Assembly (NCBI GenBank): GCA_000165425.1
Contig: CT868452.1
Location: 372,001-436,000 of the forward strand
Origin: Paramecium tetraurelia
Lineage: Eukaryota
Direction: 5' to 3'
DNA: 64,000 bases
In this document: positions 38,939-52,527 of the stretch, piece by piece
How positions within the stretch are numbered: the stretch's first letter is position 1
Layout: each line of letters starts with the position of its first letter
Program-made: the position numbers and the translations under genes
Notes under the pieces: generated by a model
Databases searched by the model: none
Seen by the model: only the letters and a program-made list of their open reading frames with translations
Told to the model about the DNA's origin: nothing

Positions 38939-39087
38939 CAACAATTCAGCGATTAATTAATCCTTCAAATCAAATGTATATTCCTATATTATTAATAATA
39001 TGTTAAATCTAATGGGGTTACTATGTCATAAATTTTAAACATAAATTTTATTTATCATTTGCATTAAATAAAAAATATATATTATTT

Positions 39088-42000
39088 TCAATATCTTAAT
39101 GATAAGAAGGCCGCTGCACCTGCTCTAATCCACACATCTTCATCATCTCTCGATGGCAATTCAAGTGGCATAACAAAATTAGTAGAATGTCCTGTTGTTG
39201 AGAGTGTACCAGCCTAGGATTATTACAAATCCTTACCCTTGAAACCACTTTATACAATGGACACTGGTATTTGTAAATCTTCTTTTCCTTCGGATCTTTG
39301 GGTTGCACTTCAACCTGTGATGGATCATACGGTAGCAAGTGCATTAAAGGTAAATCTGAATATAATTCCTTAACTTTAGGTTATGCTATCAAATGCCTCT
39401 TGAAATCCCATCTAATTAATTTAATATTATATTATTACTTAGTTCCCTCAAGAAAGATTCCATAAATATAGACTCCATCTTCTGGTTTCTCAGTTACACC
39501 TGTGTGAGTAAGGGTATCCAACACTATATACTCATATTATAATTTATCAATGGCAATGACATGTTTTCTGGCGTAGTTTTGTACCATACCAGTAATGAAA
39601 GCCTAAGGGAAGAAGAAACCAGAAATCCAGAAAACCTTAGGTGTTCCTTTATCTACCCAATGTTTAAGAAAGGCGATTCTATCTAGTAAATCTTGAGTCC
39701 AGGAAGCCAAGGGTTTCAAACTTAGAAATCCTTTCTCTGCCCATAATTGAGGCACTTAATTATCATAAAGACTGTTTGACAATTTCTCCATTTCCTCTGA
39801 CATCACAATTAGCCCTTTAAGCGCTTTTTTAACATTAGAGAGTGTAGTTTTCATAATGGCAAGCAACCTATTATAACGTATAAGTTCTTGAACTAGAACA
39901 GTATTCATGGATTCTTGATAATCAGTAGGATATCTGTTTGAAATCTCATCGATATCAAATAGATCAGGAGTCTTAGATTCAACGAAATTGGCTAATTCTT
40001 CAATAACATCTTCTCTGCATTTCCCTGCTCCTTATTGTGTCCTTGGTTGAATAGATTATAAAGTTTCTAAGAGAATTCTAGTTTCGTTTTAAGCATTGGT
40101 TATTTCAGCATTGCTATGTAATCCAAATGCTTCAGGTTCAGGATTCAATGGTAATTTTTCAATATACTCTATATAATTCAATCTTTCACCTACATTAGGT
40201 TGGTAATAAGTAGGAACTAAAAATTGATAGCCTTCTTTTAATGCTTCTTGGGAAATGTACAATTTCAGAATGGTTTTAATTAATCTAACATCCTTATCAT
40301 CAGTAACTCTACCACCATAATTAATTTCTGCTCCAAGATAATTGATAACTTTGAATGGTATGAGTACATAATCATCTAATAAACTTTTTAATTGTCTTCT
40401 ACATACAGTGAGATCTTCATTCGTGAATTCATAAGGAATGTTCCATCCAATGGCTCCGAATTTTCTCCTTTCCTAAATGATTGCATGGAATAAAGAGAAG
40501 CCAAATAATAATTTCTTGAATTCCTCAGGTTTCTTACAATCACTTAATGTTTTATCATCTAATTAGGTGTAAGTTCTGAGCATATTATTTCTAAGACCTT
40601 TTGGTGGTTCAAGTGTCATTTTAACACCATTCTATAATACAATTGTTGGGAATGATTTTGAAGGCATAGATGTTAACCATAATCTAAAATCTTTTGTGCC
40701 TTAATCTTACATTTCTTCATTAAGCTTTTCAAGATCATTCATCCAAGATGTTGCTAAATGACAATTCATTAACAATGCCCATCCACCTCTGCCTAAAGCA
40801 TCTTTAACTAATTTTTCAGCCTTTGGACCTTATCCTTAACCCAAAGAAATAGAATCAATTCTCTTAGTCATACTCATTTCCTCTGCAAATTTCATTAGAT
40901 CTGCAATAGGATCAGAACCAGGAGATAATACAAATATGAGTGGAGTATTAGGAGTGGAATCTTTGTAGCATTTACTCAAATCAAATGTAGGTGGGATGAT
41001 GAATTTCTCATCCATCTTCTCTATAATCCATTTTTGAATTGCTGGAATCACTTTATCACTTCGAATTGCTTTTAATAACAATATTCTTGAAAATGAATCT
41101 AATTTCTCATTCCAAGGTTCTGGGAATTCAATATCTTGAGGATTGGGAGCATCAAAAATAGTTTTAAATTTATCAGAATTACTCATGAAATCAGATAGAA
41201 TGCCATCAAAATTGATCAATTCAGACATGCCATAGATGTTTCTATAAGTCTCTGGCCATGTATTCTCACTAATCCATTCAGTTGGATTTGGTGGTAATTG
41301 AACATCTCCTGTAGCACCTTATAATAAGTATCTCCATTCTCCTTCATTCATTTTATGAGCAGCACTCAGTATTTTATATGTCAACATAAATGAAAATAGA
41401 AGTTTGTGTTTTTCAAATAATGATCTACAAACATTTTCATATAACATGTAAGTAAAGAAGTTATTGAGATGAACCAATCTCTCTTCCAAAACCTATGATG
41501 CAGGTGCATTCTAAACACCTAAAGTGAACAAGTTGATGAACCATTATAAAGAGTATTAATACATAGGATCAATTGTGGATAAATCTATAATACAGAAGAA
41601 AAGTAATGAAGCTCTGAATGCAACTGATCTATATGATTCTCTAGCTTCATCTATTTGGGCTTCGGTTATTTTGGAATCCTTAACTCTTTGATTAATTTCA
41701 GCAGCAAACTTCTTTGAATTTTATAATTTATTGATGAGAGTCTCATCCATCAATATTTCTGAAATGTCTCCCTTGGTTTCAGACAAACTTCTTAAAATAC
41801 TATCTTCTATGTTAACTAATTCTTTCTTATCTTATGCATTCTTTCTAACTATTTCAGTCTTTTTATTTTCTAAATTAGGATTCTCCAATGCCACTATCTA
41901 TGCCAACATCTGTTCTTCTAATCCTAGTGGAGTAATTGCAAAATTAATAATGGTTACTTTAACTGAAGTTTCAGGAGAATAATGAGGATTTGGAAGAGTG

Positions 42001-45000
42001 GTTGTCATGAAGAATCTGAAACTAAAATTATATTGTAGATTCTTATCTCCAATTTGTATTGTAGCAGATGTTCCAGTCTTACTGATTTATTATAATAGAA
42101 TAGGTTCCAAAGAGGGATCTAACGATAATCCAACATTTTCTACTAAAACCCATTTACCAAATTGAATAGCCAACTCCAAGGTTCTCATCAAATTTTAATC
42201 TGATTATTTCAAGACATCCAATCCTTCTGGTAAGTCTTTACCCATAGTTTTAATATATTTATTAGCTTAAGATTATGGATCAATCATCAAAGTCCATCTT
42301 CTACTCTTGTCTATTATGATACCATTTTCAATTGAAGTGTCATCCTTTGGTAATCCACAAATATTCCATGATTGAATTTTAACTTCATCACCTAAGAATT
42401 TCCTCATTGTAATTAAATCAGAAAATGGAATGTTATATTCCTTTAATTTAGCTCTCCAATCTTATTCCATTCTGATACGATATTATGATATAAATGGTCC
42501 AGAGTAAGCAACCATTCCTGCAGCTATAATAGAATTACCAGGTATTAAGCCACCACTATTAGTAAGACTTTCAATATCTTTTGCCCATCTCTCCTTTTCA
42601 TCACTCAAACCTTCAGTCAACTTTTATGCTCTTTCCAATTTAACTTCGCACTCTTTAATCTTCTTCTATAAATCTTCTTGTTATTTCTTTTTATCATCGA
42701 AAACCCTTTACAATTCTCTTATCTTTGCATTAATCTCATCCAATTCCTTTTTCTTAATNNNNNNNNNNNNNNNNNNNNNNNNNNNNNNNNNNNNNNNNNN
42801 NNNNNNNNNNNNNNNNNNNNNNNNNNNNNNNNNNNNNNNNNNNNNNNNNNNNNNNNNNNNNNNNNNNNNNNNNNNNNNNNNNNNNNNNNNNNNNNNNNNN
42901 NNNNNNNNTACCTCCAATACCAAGCAATAAAGCATTTCCACCAGGTTGTCTTAGAATTCTGCTGATTCTTGTTATGTGTTCACAAGCATCCAAGAACATA
43001 ACTAATTTCATCTATTTCTTTCCGCTTCCAACATCCTTGTTGTATTGATCTAATAATTCTTCCATCTACCCAACAAAATATTGAAGATCTCCTTATACCT
43101 AAACGTATGGCCTTACATCTAAGTCTCTGTTACCTAGAAAATCACAAAAGATGATTCTCTCCTAATCTAATACTTCTTCCTATTTCAATCCAAAATCAAC
43201 AAAGAATTGAGTGAGTAGCTATTTGAAATAGACTCTATCTTATTCATTAATCAATCTATCATGGAATACTCTCATATTTTCATGATACCATAGTTTAACT
43301 AATTGGGCAGGCTCCTAGCAGTTTTTAGGTAAGATACTGCAAATTCCTTAAAACACTTTGTTTATGTCTCTGAGATTGAAGGTGTAATGACTTTTCGATG
43401 GAGTAGGCAAGAGGTCTCTTCTGACTGAATTATAAATGCTTAACACACTATTAATTAGTTGCATCTACAACATTTGCACAGTTTCACTGAATTTCTTATA
43501 GAAAAATTAAATTATTTTTGAAAATATTGATTTAATGACATCCTCATCCAATTCCGTGTATGCTAATACATTAAAGTGTCGAACTGCTCTGCCTGTAATA
43601 TTACTTCTACCACCACCAGGAGGCCCCATTGCAGACAAGATGAGCAGCCCTTCTAATTTCACAAATTACAGATCTTATCTATTATACCAACCTTAATGAT
43701 CTAATATTTATCTGATCAATTCTATAGGTGGTTAAGCACCATACTCTTCTTTCTTAGGCATGTTTAGATCATCCACGAAAATGACTTATCTCTTTCCGAC
43801 TGGGGGTCCTCTTACTCCTTTTCTTCTTTTGTCAATCCAAGAGTCAATCGTATCTTGTGTTTGATTTGCTGATGTCTAAGCACTAAAAGTTAAGGGAACA
43901 TATTGAAAATCTTCAGGCATGCCCATGATCAATAATTGATATGAATTCTATGATTTACCTGTACCTGTTGGTCCTGGGCAACACACATGGAAATTATTAG
44001 TAAGTATCAATTTCATCAAATACATATTACGAGTGGAATCAGTAGTAGGAATCACAATTTCATGGAATTATAATTTCTAATCAATTTCAAATGACTAATA
44101 AGCATCACTCCAAGGTGATAAATTTATTTAGTAATCATAAATCAAACCCTCTTTTGGATATTCAAAGTTGGCTCTATATTTTTGCATCTATTATCTATGG
44201 AACTTATCGCATTTTTATCTACTTTAGAAATCTCCTGTTACCATAATACTCCAAACTAATGAATAATGGAAGTAGTATTCAATATTCTGATTCAATTGAT
44301 CAAGTTCATCAACTGAGACTTTTTTAATTTCAGTTTCTACATATGGAGAAATTAAACTGTCAATAATTCTCTATTGCGATTAAACTAAATTGTTTCTCAT
44401 TGTAGGAATAACTTCTTTACAATGTTTGTATGTAAATTCCAGTGCCTCATCCACATATTATTGGAACCACTTAGTCAAATTGTTCAACACATCCTTCTTT
44501 TTTATTTTTAATATTTGTAGGAAACCTTTAAACATAGGAATCAATTAATGGTTGTATACCCATTGCTCTAGGCTCCATGTAAACCATACCACATCTTGAG
44601 ACAGTGGCAGGTGAAGCAACAGCCAAATCTTCGACCTCAAACATCATGGTCATGTATTGAGTTAATGTCAAGATCTAACCACTATTCAAACATAACTTCT
44701 TGTTGTCATCTAATACAGTATTCATGGATTCTATCCACAATGCATCAACAGGTCCATCAAACATTATCCAATGTCTGTCAGAACTTGTGTCTTTCACAGC
44801 TTCTCTCACCATATAGGCTAAGACTCCATCAGTCCATTCGTGAGTTTATTCATTGAATTGACCATATAATTAACCCATAGTAATTGATTTAGGATTCAAT
44901 ATGTGTGTATGTACTTTATAAAAACCATTGGCTTCTCCTAATTTCGTCATTGACTTTGAGAGGATCTAGTAATTGGTTGTCTTACCACCTCCTGTTGGAC

Positions 45001-48000
45001 CCACCAGCATCAGTCCGTGTCTGACTTATATTGTATCATAGAGTTGTAGCACTTTATCAATGAATGGTTGTACAGGTTGAACAGGATAAGGTTATTCCTT
45101 GAAAACGTACTTCTCACATTACAATGATAATTCTGGAATCAACTTACCATAATCGTATTGTGGTCTTTCTAACCCAGGGAATAAATCCGATATGATGTTT
45201 TCAAATAATGGTAAATCGTCTTTCAAAAATTTTGGAACATTTACATCTCTAAGCGCTCTTAATAATAATTATTCTTCATTCATATCTGGGAATTAAACTT
45301 TTAATAGACCTGCTGCATTAATCACAGATCTTACTGCTCTCATACCATAATCGTAGTGATCTTGGGATGACAATTATTCTGAACTCAATTTGAATGTAGT
45401 AACCATCTTTTTAGAGAGATCTCTACCTAATTTAAAACCAAATGAATAGAGCATAATTTCACCAATCATAGCATAATCTGGAACCATCATAGCCACTGGT
45501 CTAAAGAGTGCCTTCAAATTATCAGGTAACTCTGTTCTTCCAGCATAACCAGGATTCATTGTAATAAACACTGAAAAAGTAGGTAAGATTTTAATGAATG
45601 AACCTTCAAATTCTACTTAAGGTGTTCCTTTTGCTTTTTCTCCAAATAACACTAGCAATTACTATGCAATAACTGATAACACTTCAATATTGATACGATT
45701 GAACTCATCAAAACAGGCCCAAGCACCAGCAGATGCTAATCCCTTAAAGAACTTGCCAACCATAATAAAATCCATAGAGTCCGAACAATTGAACACCACA
45801 CATTATTTTGCCAAAGCTTTTCAGCCAAATCCTTAGTTGATTCAGTTTTTCCAGTACCAGCTGGACCTGCTGGAGCTCCTCCCAAATTTAACCTTAATGC
45901 ACCCATCAATGTCATATAACATTTATCAGTCAAGGGTGTAATAACCAATCTGAGTGTATTTCCTAGATATTCATAACCATATGGGAAATTGGTTTATACA
46001 CACTTTACCCAACAATCAAAATCTACTAATTGATTTTCCCAATAATATCTTAATTGCGATATCCATTCAAAGGCAAATTTGTCATACACCTCACTCTCCA
46101 CCATCTTCTATACAACATCTTTGGCATGCACATCAATAACAATCAAAGCATTTATTGTAACCATTGCTTGTTTTGATAATTTAGTTCTAACCAAATCAAC
46201 TAATGACCCAAGCTAATCTTCCAATCTTTTGAAATATCCTTTAAGATTCTAAGCATCAATAGCTGCTTCTACTTCTTTTGTCCAATGCACTTATGATCCA
46301 TTCAATACACATTAACCTGGATGTTTCAAAACCCATTCTTCTCTTTTTACTTGTGTATAATTTTCAATACTAACCATTAATGCTTATCTAACTGATAACC
46401 TCATCATATTTTCAACTTCATTCATCCATTCTTCAACATTCTTTTTGTTTGGATCCACTATTTTGGCAAAAGGTACTTTCTCCTTTTCAGCTGAAAACAT
46501 AGCATGAATTTTCTTATCCTTATCAAATTCTATTGAGTTGATATTCTCAAACACTTTCTTAAGATGAGGTTAGACTGCTGTTGGTTCTTTTGTCTAAGAT
46601 AGAATTTCTAATAATTCATCATTTGATAAGAAGTAAAATCTTGCAAACTTCTCTCTTTTCTTTTCTAAATAATTGTTCAGTTCTTTTTAAACCATTTCCA
46701 ATGTCTTATTGGCTTCATGCAATCTTTCCCATAACCCATCTTCAATGCAAACATCCAAGACCTTCTCCTTAGCCTTGGCTTGTGTCACTGTGGTTCTCCA
46801 AGTTTAATCAACCGTTTTAAACTTCTTGGTTTCTGCTGGCAATTACTTAGCGATGTCTTGAGAATCAAATATGGGTTACAAATACATCCATTATTACTAA
46901 AATTTAGCCCATTCTTCTAAAATGTCTTGAATCTTCCTCAATGACTTATCCCATTCACTGATTCTTTCTTCAAAGAATTTCTTAAATGGTGAGAATACCA
47001 TAGCAGAAGTATTAATAATGTGTTCATCCAAGACTATTTGTATTTCATCGAATCCTTTGAGAATAAATGTGTTTTTGTATTGAACACATTAAAATTTAAT
47101 ATTCTCCCAAGCATTAAGCATATTGTCAAGCATCATTTCTATTTAGTATTCCTTGTTGGCTGTTTCTCCAATATTAACAACCTTGTCAATCACATCCAAG
47201 AATCCATCATTGAGAATTCTCTAAAAACAAAATCCCTATTCATCAGGGTTGATGACATGATCAAGACCCTTCAATTAAGACACTTACGTCCAATGTCTTA
47301 CAGTCATACCTTTCTTCCTAAGAGCTGACAATAATGGCACTTTTGGTCTAAATTCATCAATCTCTGCTTTTACAGCTTCAGCAATCTTTTGAATACCTGT
47401 TACTTGAATTGTTCTCATGGCAGTCTAGATATTTTTAACACCTTCCTCAACTATTCTCTCACACTCATCAGCATCAACATTCATAAAATCATCATTCAAC
47501 CATTATTTAATACCATTCTTAAATTTATAAGTGCTTGACCATAAATCATAATAGGGCTTGAATTCCCTAGACATGGAGTTCAATTTGGAATAATCAGTTT
47601 GTGGTTTATCAAACAATGCTTCTTGCATATTGAATTTGCTAGCCTATTCCTAAAATTCACTGATTTATTTCATCACATATTCAACCACTTCAGCCATATC
47701 CTTATTCTTACTCACGTCTTGATGTTTATGAAACTCTTGAATAGTTCTCTCCAAATTTTCAATCTGCTCTCTAAAGTCTTCTTATTAAACTTTAGCATCA
47801 TCAGAGAATTTAACTTTCAATTTCTCCAATTATCCATTTCTCACTTCAACCATCTCCTTTATTTCCTTTGGACTTCCAAATATCTTCCATCTCCTTTGGA
47901 AATCATCCAGTGGAAATCTGTAGTTGAATTCCTCCAACATTTTGAACACATCAAATAATTAATTCATTTTGATCTTCATCTTCTCCAACTCCTATGGCAA

Positions 48001-50369
48001 ATTACCAATATATTCCTTTAATAGTGTCAACTTTTCTATTGTGTCAGGTTCCTCAAGTATTGTCTTCTTGATATCTCCAAATTCCTGAAATATTCTAATA
48101 CTAGTATTTCTTGCTCTTCTAGCAATAAGATCAATTAGATTTTTTTAAAGTCCTTAGTATCTTTCAATAAGAATTCCTTTTGCTTCGTTCAAATGAATTT
48201 CAAACATTCCTACATGTATGGAATCTAGAATTTCTTCGTTTAATTATTTCTCCTTCTAAGTAGCCTTAATGATTTCATCACGAATTGATTCAAATTCTCT
48301 TGGAGGATCTTCTAGTTCAATGTCTCTAGCCACATCATCTGGTCTCAATTTTAAGACTGGGATGTATTTATTAAAAACAGTCTTGTATTACTCCAATGGT
48401 TATAAGGCTTCTTCAATTGATGCTTTGATACAATAGTAAGTATCCCACACCCATTTATTTTCATCTGCAAACTTCCTAGGTCTTTCATTTGGATCTGGCT
48501 CAACAGGTTCTTAGATTGGCATCATAGGAGCCTTAATGAAAGTTTCTAGTTTTTGAGATTTATGCAAATCAGACAAGATTCTTGGTTCCAAATCTGGTAT
48601 CTTTGCCATTTCATCTACAGCCTTTTTCATTGCTTGTAATGATATCAAAACATAGAGAGTTGGATTAGTTGTGTATTAGAAGAAGTCATCCTTTGCTAAT
48701 AGTTCTATCTAAAATAAAGGTAGTTTTCTATCATGACTAAATACTTAAACTCTATTGTCTGCCAGAAATCCATCATCGTATTTATTCAACACCCAATCTG
48801 TATTTTTAATATCTACATTTACGGGTATATTGCTTTTGATTGTCTTTTAATATCTATCGAAATTAGATTTCATGAGTGTTGTGATTGTGTCTTGCATCAT
48901 CAATCTAATAACTGTTAACATACGCTTCAATTTACCAAAGTCATAGGTGATTTTTGATGTTTCTTTCATATTGAACCATCCCTTTCCAATTTCAGCAAAC
49001 CTATCTTTAATAATTTTGATCATAGTAGGCACCCATGTACCTTTTAATTGATACATCAAGGAAGTGGTTGCATTTTCTTACATGTGTTTGAATTCATCTA
49101 AATGTAATGCACCTTCTCTTTTAGAGAAATCAAACAAACTCTCTTTTAAAACTTAATTGCATTCATGTCTGATATCTTATAAAGCCTTGACAACCTCTTA
49201 ACTTACATATAAAGTGGAAAATCCAAAATTCTTATTTAATTCATCAAAAGTCAGAGGTTTTCTAATGAATGGTTCATCATATTTAAACATCCATTTTTCC
49301 ATGACTCCCTTGGATGCTTCAAGTTCCATCCAACCATAATAACGAACATCTTTCTTTCTCTCTTTTGCAGGTAATCTCAATTTAGGATAGTTTTCATCTT
49401 GTTACTCATCATCTAAGTACTTATCGAATATGATCTTATTCATAGTTCTCTGAAAATCCATATTAACTTCAAGAAGCAATTAAGTAGTTTCCATAGCTTC
49501 TAGTTTCTTGGTCTTTGCATTCTGTTCAATTCTTTTCTTTTATTCATTGTCTAATTCACTGAGATCAAACAAGGACATGTTATCTATGTAATAGTTGTAT
49601 CTAACAAGAGCATCAGCAAATATCCTCTATTAAAATGCATTCTTCAATCTTTTGACATACTTACGTGGATCTTCTGCATCAAAACAAATGTATAATCTAT
49701 GCAATTCTAATTTAACATCATCTTTCAACCATTTGCCAATAAACTTGTCATCCTTGTACTCCAATATTTCCATATATTAGTATTCATCTCCTCTCAATCC
49801 TAAACCTAAAAGAGGATGCTTGATTCCTTCTTCATCCTCTTCTCTCCTTATCCAATCTTCATTACTGTTGTCATCAAATGTGGTATCATCAAAATATTCA
49901 AGTTTCAACCACTCTACACTTTAATCCTTCTATTTAAATTCAATTCCAGCTTCCTGAAGTAATCTATTAAAATCAAGAGATCGAAACTCCTTTCTTTTTC
50001 TATCAATAGCCACTTTCCTTGGGACTTCACCAGGAATGGGATCATATGGTAATATCACCTAAAAATGCCACAAAGTATTTTACTTTCGGTTCTACACTTG
50101 TAAACTTGTTCATTTTTTTGTCTTGTCTTCAACTGATTCCTTGGTACTTGTCGAGATGCTAAATCAGATCGCAATTGTTGTCTACTGGAGCTTGATGTTT
50201 GTAACCGTTGCAAGGAGATTGCTTTGGGAATTGTTTATCGACTTATGGTAGTCATGATTAAGTCAGGTGATGGACCCTGATTGTAATTCTTGACATTGTA
50301 CTCACTGGGTAAAGTAGGGTCTAAGACTTCAGAGAAGACACCTCTTTGCTTTTATGAAATTTATGCCAT
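39088..50369 (-). CDS. DNAH1: Axonemal inner-arm dynein heavy chain, DNAH1-like
   Basis: P1 [34 protein letters not shown]2 GPTGGGKT, P3 GPTGTGKS, P4 ALLLGIGG cut by the N gap, and C-terminal [12 protein letters not shown]. The N-terminal [17 protein letters not shown]...EYFDDTTFD pattern matches my recollection of DNAH1. Confidence 0.93.
42759..42908. other. Assembly gap (150 N) inside the dynein gene
   Basis: Run of N characters. Confidence 0.99.
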
Positions 50370-50482
50370 TTTTATATAAAATTTATATATATACAAATAT
50401 CTCTCTTTTACTATTCTGCTTGACACTTCTTCCATCTATACCCCCTTCATTTTATATTTTCTAAAATTTAAATTAAAAAAAG

Positions 50483-52448
50483 ATGGAGAATCCTGTCGAG
50501 AGAGCAGTCAATGAGGCAACTGCGGATACACTCTAAATGCCTGATTAGAAACTAATGAAATAAGTAGCTGACCTTGTCAACCTAAGAGCAGATTAGTAAG
50601 ATTGTAATTCAAACCATAGATCGAAATTTGCAGTCTAGGCTATTGGCAAGAGACTCATGCAGCTTCGTAACGGCAAGGTGCAAGCCCTTACGATGGAGCT
50701 CATCGAATATCTTGCATTCACCTGCGAAACACCCTTCTACACTTAGATCGCCACCAATGACTTTCTATAAAGACTCAACACTCTCCTCAACCCATAAATG
50801 AATGCCCAAGTAATTCACTCCTTTACACCCAATAGATGCAACAAAGATTACTCTAAGTTATAGCAGTACTCAAGTCACTTATGCAATCACACCAGGATCT
50901 ATTTCCTGCCTTCTTCCAATTTTTGCAAAAGATCGCTCCCAAACGTAACTGTCTTCTAGCATCTGCATTTTAGATCAAATACCCAACAATTACGAAAGCA
51001 AATATGCAGTACTCAGAAAGGCACAACCAGCATACTCTTCAGGAGCAAGAGTCAACAGTTTAGGATCTGTAATAATTTCTATTTAATTCCCAAAGGGCAA
51101 CTCCAAAAATGATAAACTTAGACGAGATCTAGAAATTGTTAAATCCAACATCACTTTGACCAATGTAATCGATATTGTTAATCCTTAGGAAATCATTGAT
51201 AACGCAAATCCATAAGAAGATGTAAGCAAAAACGAAATCCTTAAAGACATGACTACCACTTTGAGAGGAGTCGAAGAAAAGCTAAGAAAGTATGGGTCTA
51301 CTTCTAAATAGTTTAATTACTGACATGGGAAACAATGATGAGGGGTTGATGAACTTTTGCTTAGAATTGAATGATGACCTACTCAAAGTAATCCCTGTTG
51401 ATAATATATTAGACTTTTACACGATATGAAGTGTTGAAGAAGCATAAGAAACCAGATCCTTTCAAACCTTAACCAGCATAATAACAATAATAACAAGTGC
51501 CTCAATCACAAACTTAGCAACAAGGGCCCTTCCAATAATAATAGACTCCTATTAGCATTTCTCCACCCATGTAAGTACCAAGTCAACAATAATAAATTCA
51601 ACCACCTCCATAACCAAAGCCTCAATAAATCGATTTATTAAATTTATTTGAATACGATCCAAAAACAGAAGCATAATAAAAAGGGCCATAACCTACTTAA
51701 GCAGTTTAACCGGAAAAACAATAAAACATGTAAAATTTGATATTAATAACAATAAAGAATTGATCTGTTTGAAGTCGATATGTCAAATCCTTTACCATAA
51801 CAACCACAACTGACATCAACTGTTACTTAATAATAATAATCACAAGTTCCACCAATGTCATAAGTGCCACCAATGTCTTAAATTCCACCTATGTAATAAT
51901 TTGGATAACCACCAATACAATAATAGTAACTTTATGGGCAACCTCCTATTTAATAAGTTTAATAGCAATCTAATTATTCTGCTTTGAACGCATTTCCTCC
52001 TTAATAATAATATCCTCCTTAACAATTATAATACCCCCCTTAATAATAACAATACCCCCCTTAATAATAACAATACCCTCCTTAATAATAACAATATCCT
52101 CCTTAATAATAACAATATCCCCCATAATAAAATGTATTAATTTATTTTATTGAAAGTTACAATAATTATATCAACAATAATAATTTGGACAATAGCAAAC
52201 CATGTATTAAGCTTTCTAATAGTAGCCAACTTAACCTGTTCCATACTAATAAGCTCAACCCTATCAACAATAAGGTTTCCCTCAATAATAATATCCAGTT
52301 ATTAGCAGTAAGACGCGTTGATATAATTATTTTAGATATATCTGCCCAATAAAAGAAACCAGAAAACGAATTTGACAATATACTTAATTTGGCAGTAGGA
52401 TAAAAATCATAACCCTAGTAGCAATAATAAAAGTTAGACTTTATTTGA
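50483..52448 (+). CDS. TOM1/GGA-like VHS + GAT domain trafficking adaptor with a Q/P-rich tail
   Basis: VHS start MENPVERAVNEATADTLQMPD..LM..VADLVN. GAT segment KLRRDLEIVKSNI...DEGLMNFCLELNDDL. About 8 tiny introns and a low-complexity tail. Confidence 0.85.
52002..52124 (+). repeat. Coding tandem repeat, six units of about 21 bp encoding QQQQYPP
   Basis: TAATAATAACAATA(C/T)CC(C/T)CCT repeated, with the first two units variant. Confidence 0.9.
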
Positions 52449-52527
52449 TATATTTATAGTTCAAAAATATATAATATAAGACTATTATTGTACTCTAAAA
52501 TAACTAAATATAAATACACAAATAGAC

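Noticed and set aside
52002..52124. CRISPR-like array
   Set aside because: The units are contiguous with no unique spacers and lie in frame within a eukaryotic coding exon.
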